Shown here in pieces: positions 37,801 to 49,800 of a DNA stretch of 57,304 bases. The number at the start of each line of letters is the position of its first letter. The first letter of the stretch is position 1. The stretch is from assembly GCA_002633005.1 (NCBI GenBank), contig NMRA01000278.1:1-57304 (forward strand). Direction: 5' to 3'. The notes below the pieces were generated by a model. That model was given only the letters and a program-made list of their open reading frames with translations. It was not told the DNA's origin and made no database searches. The DNA comes from Phoronis australis (lineage: Eukaryota > Animalia > Phoronida). The position numbers and the translations under genes were made by a program.

Positions 37801-40800
37801 TCTTCTCAAACACAGCGCCATATAAAGAATGTGACGAAGTTCCTGTTGCTAACATCAGACATTACTACTACAAAAACTACACTTCTGATAACGACAGCTC
37901 AGCTTTATTGGTAAGTGTTTGGATGTTTACCAATACGTGATCTCATTCATTGCCACAATTCTGAAAGCGTGTTTCCTGTCAAAAAATCAAGTTTGATTTA
38001 TGGAACTGTTCTTCATGTCATTCGTCTCTATTAAACAAAGAACTAAATTTGTTCATCGTCAAATTAAATTTGATGTGAGAGCAGAAACGCTTAGTTCCGG
38101 TATTGCGTGCATGTGTGTGTGTTTGTATGTGTGTTCATGTATGTCTATGAGTTTATCATAGTAAACAGGCTCCTGCGCACATTACAAATTAACAAAGACA
38201 GCAGGTTTACATTTGCACATCACTTAAAAATCGTTTTCTTTGAGTTTCTGCATGTACAGCTTGATAAACTTGGCTACATGTTTGAATGTCTTCGCGTCTT
38301 CTGACTGTAAGAATCTCTGGAAAAGGATAATACTTGTTGATATAATACTAATAGATCTGTTTCTAACTTCGTCATATAATGGGCAGGCCAACAAAATTGG
38401 TGTTCTGTTTAAATGCAATTTATACTGCAGCACGGGCACATTCTCTTTAACGCGCAAGACCCATGTGTCTCCCTTTAACACTCATAAGACAATGGCTACA
38501 ACATCTAAGCCTAGCCAAAGCGCATCTTAAACAATATCAAAATGCCTTATATAATCTTGCGTCGAGAAATCAGTTTTAACAAGTTGATACACATCTAACG
38601 ACAATGAGGAAATTTTTCCTTCCCAGTGTTGCATGTCATATGTCAATGTCAATACATTGTTGCTTAAATTCATTAATAAAATTATACATATCTTTTACGC
38701 ATTGCTTCACCCAGACGTTTTCAAAACAATATAAGAACAGAATTTTCTTTACATTTAATATCCAACAATGTCTATTAAATTCAGCCATTTCGCACTGTAC
38801 ATCATAACATATTTTAGTGCATCTATGAGAACTCTAAAGCACGACTAAATTACGCTGCTCAACATCAGTACTTTTATAATTATTCTTCCATGTTCACAAC
38901 TAGCACCGGCATTTGAGACATTCGGACCAAGTTGTAAAAAATATTTAATGAACTTACTATGAACCGTCGCTATGGAATTGGCTTCTTAGAAACACCATGT
39001 TTCTGAGCCATGTAACAAATTTGGCAAAATTTTAGAGTCAAATAATTTCCACCATAACGACACCGGCTTGTTGGCAATTTTTTCATGTTACTGTTCAAAA
39101 CAAATATTGCTTTTGATGTTTTATAATATGTGATTTTTTGGGTCTTGTGAAGACGCATTTGTTAGAGAATGTTACGCCTAAATAGTTGTATTCAGAATCC
39201 AAGTCAATTTTTTTCACCGAATATCTTGAATTATCCACTATTTCTAGAAGCCCTTTCTAAGTGTTTGTCTTAGACATGTTTACGCGCAATTTCCACCTGC
39301 TGCAGTAATCTTTTAGTTTTCCAATTAGACTTTGCATAGCCACAGCTGTTTCAGCAAATAGAAGCAGATCAACAGCAAACATAAACAAATTAAGATGTCT
39401 TCCTCTGAAACATAGTCCACTGACGTTTTTAAGTCGTTTTCTAGGTCATTCAAAAACATAGAATATAAAAAGATGTCAGCGACAACTCTGCCGAACTCAT
39501 GATTTGCGATAAAAAACGTGAGTTTCAAATCCCGTATCACCAATCGGGACACATTTTTCACATTTCCATGCACAATTTTCAATGCATTATGCATTTTACC
39601 ATTGATACAAAAACGAATGAGTCTATAATTCAATCCTTCTCTCCACTCATGGTGCCTTCTGGAAATCGAAAAAAGGCATTAAAACCGCCTTCGGAGTTTA
39701 TTAATGTATTTTTAATCTAGAGTATTAAGAATACACCAGTCATCAGTAGTCGAGTACCTTTGCAAAACCCCGCCTGCGCCTCACCCAAAACCCTATACTC
39801 CTTTGACGAGGTATTCACCCTGTTACATAACACAAGTGCGAAGATCTTTCCCGCCACTTTCAAGAGCATTGTTCCAGGTTACTAATCCGGGTCATCTTCA
39901 GCACCAGATTTGAAACTAGGTGCTGTTGCACCTTCATTCCATTAAGACGGGTAGTTCACAGCAAAAAAAAATCTTATTGTACAAGGCAACTAACAAAAAT
40001 GAATGCTGGGGTCGCCAATTTAAAGAATTTCAAGGAGATACCATGGCTCCCTACGGCTTTGCCAAGCTTCTTTACAATTGAAATGGATTACAGTGGAACA
40101 TAATTGGCAATTTAGTCTCGGCTGTGTTGCAGAATTTCGATGTAGTCCGGAAATACACGTAGATAACCAAAGATTGATCTTTTGATAATAAAACCCCATC
40201 ATCCTTGAGATGGAGCTCCCGACAAGTGGGTCATTTTTAAATGGGGGAGCACACTAATTTTGTAGCTGCACTCTTTGTCAAACTATACTCGGATATCCCC
40301 TGGGGATTTCCAGAAAGTAGCTAAACCGGGGTTAACGCTGTTGGATCCCCTCAGAACACCTACTCGCTCTGTGTTTCAGACAAAAACTTTCAAAAAGCAA
40401 TACTCTTTCACCTCACTGAGGGTGCGTTTCCGAGGTATAGTTCGTGCTGGGTACGGCTGCAGGATTTGCTGCAATCGCTGGTACTTCACTTTCAACGACC
40501 AAGAATGCTCCTCGCCAGGGAAGATTGAGATAATCTGGTACAAAGAGAAAGAAAGGGATGATTTTCGCCCTGCCATTGGTGAGTTGTATGTTTACACGTG
40601 CTGCTATTGAAATGATTTTGGATCGATTGTCGTTGGCACCTGTAGCAGATTGGCCGGTAAGACAATAATCCCCATCCAGCCACCCTTCAGTATTTTACAA
40701 TCCACATCACGTATCTATCTGCTTTCACAATTTCAGTTGATGGTATGTGTGATTTACCAAAATCTGGCGACATTGTGGTCTCGTTCCATGTCGGTGCATG

Positions 40801-43800
40801 CAGTGTACATGGTTTGGGGAATGCTTACACAGGTTGGGTCGGCAACGGTGTGTCCATGACTATAGAAGAAAATGATGTGAGGCGATCTTTCGGTGAGTGG
40901 CAGGTGTCCTTGTTGCCGCGTAACAGTCATGTGGTATGTTCTTATAGCATACAGAGCTAAGTGGCTGCCAACGTTAGTTGCTTTCTCCTGCAATTTCTCA
41001 AAGTGTGAAAAGTCCCGTTATGAAATGTGAATGTTTAAGACCAAGGAATCCCGGAATCATGTCTTTAAAGCATCCTGCGGAACAAGGAAAATCAAAGAGA
41101 AGTCAGTGTGGCTTAGTGGGATAGGGGTCCGCTTCCTTTATTCAAAGTCGTGGGTTCGAATCCCGCTGGGGCACACTGTTAGATCATTGAGCCAGGTCTC
41201 TAGTTCCTTGGAACGGTTTTAACTAAATATGGATAAAGCATAAGCATGGCTCCAGATGATCACTGCAATGGGCCCACACGAGGGGCCTGCGCAAGTCTTG
41301 TATAAAGTCTACCAGACCATACTTTTACTGAAAATCAACATTGTTGAAAGATACTGCGTCCTGCTTTTCCTCTATCTAAATTGTTTAAGATGATACTAAA
41401 AACTGTCCTGATTATGCGGTCATTAGCGTCAATCTGGAAAGATAAATGCAGTAGGACTAATCATCCCTATGGCACAGATTGGATATTGTGGTTCTTGATG
41501 GGTGGTCTTTAACAAAAGTTGCCGAACACTTCACTAAAAGCGTGAGTCAAGCTTGGCCGTTTAGAAGACATTGCAAAGAGTTTTAAAATTTCTTTCCAAA
41601 CTTGTGTGGGTTGTCGGAGGTTACAGAGCATTACAGTATTTTGTTTCTGAGACTTGAATGAGAACGTTGTTTTCATTATGAAGTTAATAGGTATCATTTT
41701 AATTTTGGCCAAATTGGACAGGTATTTCCTGATATATCGCATGATGCATCACTCTCGAAACAAGTGGCCTCGCTAATTTCCAGTGTGAGTATCTCGCGTC
41801 ATTGCGTGGTTGCCGAAGCGGGTTTTGTTGTCAACGGGCAAATATCATTCACATGCGTTCCTGACGCAGTGGTAAGTGAGTTCAGCGCCAAAAATTGTCT
41901 TAATTACTGACCTGATTTTAACCAATAAAAAAGAAAACAATGCAATGTTCATGAAATATTTGATTACTTGACATTGCAACGGAAAAGCGTGGTTGTTATA
42001 CAAGCTTAACCGTTTTAAATGAAATTAATTGAACTGAGGAATTTTGTCGAGGATGGATTTCGCTTTTTGTTAGTTTGCAACGCTTTTTCCTAAATCAGAG
42101 TTAAGTTCACAAGTGAGAGCTTCTGGACAAGTCCCTCTTTGTTTAAATTTCACTTAGTCGGTTATGTAATCCGGATACCTTAGTTGTGAAATATGCATAC
42201 TACGCATCTAAAAATGGAACAGCATGTTTATTACTGACTAGTGTGCATAGCATTTCAATGATCTTGTTTGCTTGTTTGCTGTACATTGGGCCGATGGCCA
42301 TGTGTACAAATAAATGAAGGTAACTATAATTGAACTATTACAAAACGCTGTTCACTTTAAAGTACTTGAAATGACCATTTACCTTGTTTTGACAAGTGAC
42401 TACAGTGTCATTATCATTAAACTTCCTCTATAGCATTACACATCATAATCGTGAATTCGATCTCCCGAAAACGAGAAAACAGGAGAAACGATACTCTAAT
42501 TCAAAGTTGCTTAGTTCCAAGGATATGTGTGTCCATAGAAGTGTGTAATACACCTAGTGTAATTTATTTAGGGTACAATATTAATTGTATTTCACTTCCC
42601 TATAGTTATTACTATAGTAAAATGCAGCTCAAAAACTATTTCTACCTTAAAAGCCAGGTACTATATTTTTCACTGAAAATCAAAGTATTAAATTTTACCT
42701 CAACATCCAATTTTCGTGGTTTTGCAAGTAATTACTGAATGCACTGGACAATGAAACAAGTTGTTTTTGTCATTCAGGGTCTTTAGTTAGTAAAAGCTAT
42801 AAATAGAATGTTTAAACGGGGCGTCAAATTCCAAATGTTGGGATTGAAAGGCCACAAGTGTCAACGAAGCAGAAAACACAAAAATCTAAAACATTTTTGA
42901 GTGTTTGAATTTCACCTGGAGCGAAATTTATACACTTTGATACTTAGAATCAGTATACTTCAGTACCAGCCCTTCGTTGACACAAACTTTGTTGAAGGCA
43001 GAACTGTACTTTTTGTGAGAAAGAATAATATACATGTACATGTATATTCGCTCGTAATCTCCTCTCCTCAGGCATGCAGAACTGAACCAAAACACCAACA
43101 GCCGATTTCATAAAGTATGACCTCACCCAGCTTTTAATGTAAGGGGGGGCTCGAATTTCTGACAAAGTGGACCTTTTCCTAACAAAAAAGCGCGAGGACT
43201 AAAAAAAAACGGGATACTGCCTTCATAACTGTGAATTGTGCGTCTGGGCATTTCGTCTCGTTTTTTTCCGACTTTTCGTTTCTCGTTCGAGCCCAACGAA
43301 CACCCGTGGGTTCGCACATGTAAAGCTGGATTAACAAAACCAGGTTAAGGACTTAAACCTGTTCTTCCTAATGCTGGTCTAATTTTACATCTAACTTGCA
43401 TTTCACCAACCTTTGTTTGTAAAGTCAGTAAGCCTGGTTTTGTTGGACAAGGGGTCAGGTTTAAAGTATCCAAGCCCCCCTACTGTGTCGATCTGGATGA
43501 ACCCAACAAAGAACCTATTGAAGAGCTTCAATAAAACCTTGATCATGTGGGTAAACAACGGCACGCACTACTAGAATCAGTGTAGTCATTTGGGAAAATG
43601 TCTAAAAGCATTTCTCGTGAGGAAAATGAAATGTCGGTGGCCAACGCACGTACACACAATAAAATACATGATCAAGATTAGCTGCAACAAAGAAATACCC
43701 AAATTTATGACAGTGTCATTTCAGTGTTTATTTTTGCGGCAAAGAAAGTGGAACTCAGTCAGAAGGTTCAGGAGACGCTATAGCGGTTACGATGATGACG

Positions 43801-46800
43801 CTCTGCTCAACCAGTCGTATTCAGAGGAATTCGAAGGACACCCTGCAACACGTACTGGTCTAGGCAAATGAGGATCCAAGGGGGTCAAGGGTTCCGGACC
43901 CCTTTTTCTTGAGATTTAGTGACAACAAATATATATATTGGAATTAGTGTCTTGGTAGATCCCCGTATAAAAACCGTTGATCCGACCCCCAACCCTAAAA
44001 ACCGTGGATCCTTCCCTGCTACATGTACGTTTGATCTTGTGTCGTTATAAAACAGACAATTGAAAATAGTCCATTCTCGTTTTAAAACAATGTTGTTAAG
44101 GCACACCACGGCATCATTGACTTGCACCTATGATGTGCATATTTAACAGCTTTTAACCTGGTTTTGATCAAGTCTAAAGTTAAACCTGGTTTAAGATCTC
44201 AATGCAGGTCTAAGGAGTATAGACCTCCGTGGTGAAATGAAAACTGACTTAGACCAGATCTAACCTGGAGTTAAACCAGGTTTTGCTAGACCACTGGTCT
44301 AAAAGTTAAACCACCTTGATGAAATGCAGATTATATTTAATCCTGGTATAAGCCCAGTTTAAAGCAGGTTTAACTTTAAACCACCTTTACCAAACCGACC
44401 GTAAGAGATATAACGTATTTTGGGGCAACATGTCTCAGAGCCTGGCAATAAGTGAAATGAGCGTACGTGAGAGAAGCCAATTGAACAGTGAAGTAAACCA
44501 TAACAGAAGGTGTAGGGGCATACAGAGAGTGCCAATATAACATACAGTACGGTATAGCCTGAAAGCCTTACGGAACAGTGTAAGGGAGTGGGGCACACTC
44601 GTGTGCTGCTCATTCGGGAAAGTTTTTCTTGGCTGATCATTGAAGACTTTCAAATCGTCAATCAAACTGTGTCATGTTCTCCATAACGAAATTTGGGATT
44701 GTTTTCCACTTCTTTCCAAGTATTTTTTTCCGCTATGTTGGTGTATATAATGATCTTGAAGGAGCCTGCAGGCAAATGCATGGACATTCTTCAGGAGAAG
44801 GAACACACCGTCAGGCGATTTCATAAAGGTTGTTTAACACAACCAGGTTTAAGTCTTAAACCTGGTCTATTTCTAGACCTAACTTGCATTTCACCATTGT
44901 GAAATTAGGTGATCGAGGAGTGGACAGGGTCAGAACATATAGGATTTTGTCCAGGGAGGATAGGGAAGTAATAAGCATAAAACTGATCTGCTGAATAAGA
45001 GGTAGGGGAAACATTGGCGGACGCCCCTCAACCAAAATGTTGTGGGAGGAGATAGCTTTCTGCGCCCCGCCCCCTAATATTCCAGGAATTGATATCGATC
45101 AGTTAATAAACATTTGATTAGAAATGCTTTCAACACAAAAACGTTTTTGAAATAACATTGAAAAAATGACTCACCTCCTCCAACCATAAGATATGTCCTA
45201 CTTCAATGTCCAAACTGCTCTCGTACGCCATCCAAACACGGGTCCAACCAGATATTTGTTTCAAAAATTCACACCTTACGACATTCTACATTCAAGCAGG
45301 AGGGTCTGTGTCCAGTTACATGAAACAGACCAAATTAACGATTCATCAGGGATTGATCCATATTTTTTAAAAGGAGGGTCGGATCAAAGATTTTTCAAAT
45401 AGGGTGGTCCAAGTCAACAATTTCAAAATTCTAGATTTGGTATCACTAAAAACCAGGGAAAACGGGGAGTCTGTACCCCTTTGAATCCCCCTCGATCCAC
45501 CTGACTGTGCTCAAATGAGATGCCCAAATCTTTTGCGTTATTCACATGTACAGTTGTTTCATTTTTCTATCATTTTATCTTTATTACGAAATCTTCCTTT
45601 GACTTATGACATTTTCTAAAACCTGAGCCTATAATTCAGTCAAAATATTTTGGGACGTAGTCCTTAAATTAGGGGCACTGCAAGAAATGATCACTACATA
45701 TTTTCTATCATAGTGAAAATTCAACGTAGAGAACTCACAAATACCCACTAGATTTTGGGAAAATAGTGGAGTCGCTATTTGTGCCTGTTTCATGCAATTG
45801 TGCACTGGATCCCCGGCATCCGTGCCTGATGGGATCTGAAATGGTTAGCGAATTGGAGTTGGTTGTCATGAATGAAACTGGGGGCCACAGGGGTAGGCGT
45901 TGGAAATCAGCAAGAGATGGGATTTCTGCCTACAGCCCAGTAAACCTACCTTGTATGCCCCTATAAAGGAGCCGAAATGCCTATTGAATACACAATCCAT
46001 TCAAGGTAGTTTTCACCATGCTTTCCAGCTCTTGTAAACCGTTCACATTTTATTAAATCAACAGTCAGCAGTTAATCAAAGGCATTTTCAGCCTACATCG
46101 GCAGGTTAAAATGACGAACTTGAAAAAATAACATAAGGATGCCCTATTTCCTGACTTGTCGACACAAAAAACAAACAAACGACATCGTCACTGAGGGTAA
46201 AGTGGTTTCCAAGGTACGTGTAATACACATAGTATTAATAGTTATTACCGATGTACCGACCGATGTAGGGTTCAACTTACCTTTAAAAAAGAACACTTCC
46301 TTCAACACTTCTTTCGCCAAACTTTCAAGCAGATTACCAAACCAAACCGATGGTAATTATTATGCACTAAGGTGCCATGACGATCCATCTTGTGTTTCGT
46401 TAAACACTGTTAAGCCATTTTGACAATAATTTTGGATTACCGCTATTTTGTTGAAAACGGTATAGCACAAAACTTAAATACTTCGGAAAATGAAGAGGTG
46501 CTGATGTATCTTAGCCATTAATTTAAATACTGAGAAGTTTTACCAGACTCTGTCAAGTCGCTTTGAACAAAAATTGACAGGGAAGGAACTTATTGTGGAT
46601 GCAAAATATGCTGCAGTAGTGTCCAAAATATAATCGCATAAACGAACTTAAACTGCGTTTACAAAAAAACCGGTGCTAGTCAATGATTTGTAAACAGGAG
46701 TAACGCAATGCACTCGCAACTGCATCTTAAAAAATATGTTATACTGTATGTGTAATCATTACTATCATATGATATCGATTATTGACCAATGACAGCCGTG

Positions 46801-49800
46801 ATGTTGAATGTATTACGGGATAACAAGAAATAATTCAATGCAAATAAATAAAAAAGTAAATAAGAATACATAACTAATGGTGAATAAATCGCAATAAATA
46901 AATAATAAAGTATAGATAAAAAATATGAAATAATATACAAATAATAAAATTAGTAAATAAATGATAATGGTAAATATGTTTTTTATATTTTAATGCATTA
47001 AGTCAAAAGAAATGAAAGAAAGTAGTAAAAAGAATCAAAATAATGGGTATTATAATGAACTACTCAGTGGTTCACATAATCATACAAGTCATTTAATATA
47101 ATTTGCTACACCAGATTCATTTTATGTTTCAACTCCCCGTCATTGGTGATATGCACAGAAATTTCTAGACATATATGACAGATCATACCAGTGTACATGT
47201 AGTTAGATTATTTCAAAGCTGAAATTGACCTCCTATCACAAGCTCCACCCCCTTGCGTAATATCGACTAACAAACAATAAGTTCTACTCTTCAACGGGTT
47301 TTTTGTCGTGTAAAATGGCGGCTTGGAAACGAAGGTGTGTCAAGAATGATGAGTTTTAAATGGCCCACTAAGCCGTCACTCAAAGTCCTAGCAATAGGTC
47401 AATTAAAGAGCAACAGTGCAAAGAACTAAAATTTTATCATTGTAAAGTTTTAATGTAAAATGTATTATGATGCCAAGGCCTACACAGGAGCAATTCCATT
47501 CCCAGGAAAAGAATTAAAAAATCAATTGATAGTTTTGCTTGATAACTTTCAAAACCTGTATCAACTTTTCTCATATTTTACCTGACTGAAAAAAATGCCT
47601 TTGATTGGGTGTGACAGACGTACGCAGAGAATTTTAATGTTTTAAAAATTACGTTAATTTCCTGTAAATTACATTTTGTAACGTTTGGTTTTGTTTTATA
47701 TGATGACTTAGTTGAATGTTTGCAAAGTACAAAAAATAAACTTTTGATTGTATATTCTAAGAAATAATTGTCAGACAGTTCAATGTAATCTGAGTGCAGA
47801 TGACAGACTTACGTTTTGAATTTCTAGTAAAATAAACATTTCTGATACTCCACCTTTAATGCATTTAGAAAATTGAGTACAGTCAAATCCAAGACACGTT
47901 ATCGTCTCAGACGGAGAAAAACTCTGCTTTTCGTCACGCCACTCCTTCTTTTCTGTCAACCCAGACTATTTGAATGCTTCTCGAATATACATTTTTAAAT
48001 GTATTAAAATACATTACTTTTGAAGTGCCATAATAAAGATGCCAAAGGTTTTTTGCACACATACATGTACATGTATCTTCCTATAGAGATATCGGCCAGT
48101 CATTCGATTGCATTGATGTAAATGTACATGTAACCTACTTCGAGAGCCTGATACGATACAAAGATGGAAGTGTAATTACCTGTACTTTTTATGTGTTTGT
48201 AAAATTACATGTAAAATAAATCTAAACACCGAATGTTGTTTGGCCATTTTAAGTTGGCTTCAGCTGAGGTGTAGAAGCAGGAGGTTGGACAAGTTTCATC
48301 ATTTCAAAATCCTCATTGAGGCAGCTAAATTTATAGCTTTCAAAAACAGCTAAGATGTTTCCGCAACTTAGTTCCATACCTGAAAAATCCAAAGACTTAC
48401 ATGTATGAATTCAGTGGTATAGTTGTAATTTTTCATCTTGCCCTCTTGCTTTCAAGGTAAATTTCCAAAAAGTCCCAGCCCAACATGTGGCTGTAACAGG
48501 TCTTGAAATTGGCAGAAAAGCAACTTGTTCCCATGGCAAAAAGGTGGTGATAAATAAAAAATGAAATTGAATACGCAGGTAACGGGGCGTTAACCACTAC
48601 CATCACACAGTTCTCAAGGAAATCCGTGACATGGCCTTCACATTTTTGTCTGGTCTATACGTGGTCGTGCGTTTGAGATACATGCACTGTATTGAGACAA
48701 TGCTTTCCACAGAAACCGACCTGCCAACTTATGACGGTAATGCTGGTGGTTCATCGTGCACGTTCCCGTTTGTTTACAAAGGCCTGTCGTACAGTGCGTG
48801 CATTGAAGCGGATCACGATCAACTGTGGTGTGCGACCACCTCTAATTATGACAGCGACCAGAGATGGGGAAATTGTCCAGGTAAGGAAAGTTTTACAATA
48901 ACTTTGATGGTCTAGATACGTTTTGCTGTACTGCACACTGTAATAAAATGTCATTAATGATAGCATTAATTTATATGAGTGACATAGTGACGTCTGCTTA
49001 ACCAACTTACACAGACAAATGCCATTGCACAAGAAAAATAGTTCGTTGCATACTATACAGCAGTCAAAATGTTTTATTCACTTTTACCAAAATAATATCA
49101 AGTTCAACAGTGTATGAATAAAACTAGTTTAAAAAGTTTGAAGTAAAACACCAGGGTATTTATTGACAAGTACTACAACGTCCGTATTTATACACCACCT
49201 TCACATCAGCTGGTTATTTTGTAAAATCATATTGATTGTAGCAAAATCAATCTCATGTCATAACCTGTTTTGGGATATTTTCTGTATTTCCTAAGGAAAA
49301 GTTTTCATATGTTTCTTAAAATAAATTGATGGAATGTACAGTATAGTAGGCCTGGCAGTTACTAGAACGGCTTGTGGCTGGGTGTCCAATTCCAATGCTA
49401 ACTATTACTACTACTAGTGATAACAGTGGGTTGGTGATTTGATTACATTCTAGGTTATAAAGACAACAGCACTCTGAAAGCTGTATTGCTGTAACTGGAG
49501 ACCAGGCGAGCTTTTATCATGATTTGTCGAGTTCTGGCACTCCAGTAAAGGTTAACGGATAGAGAGGATTAATATCTAGTTAAACCTAATAGAGATTTTT
49601 TTTCTTTTCCATTCATTTAAGCCGTTCTAAAACAAATTCACAAACAGAGTCCTTTTAAACGAAAATGGGATATTTTAGGCCAAAACAATCACGATGCTCG
49701 AACTCAAAGATAATAGCCCAAAAATTCAAATAAACATGTTGAAAACATTTCCCAATAGGATATATGTACACGCATTTTTTTCAAGATCTGAGTCGGTGAC

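Noticed and set aside
43725-43871. Additional exon of the CTHRC1-domain gene
   Set aside because: Phase-1 entry after the ttcAG stops after about 19 codons, and the segment lies inside a Harbinger-like element with Myb/SANT-like residues. An alternative terminal exon cannot be fully excluded.
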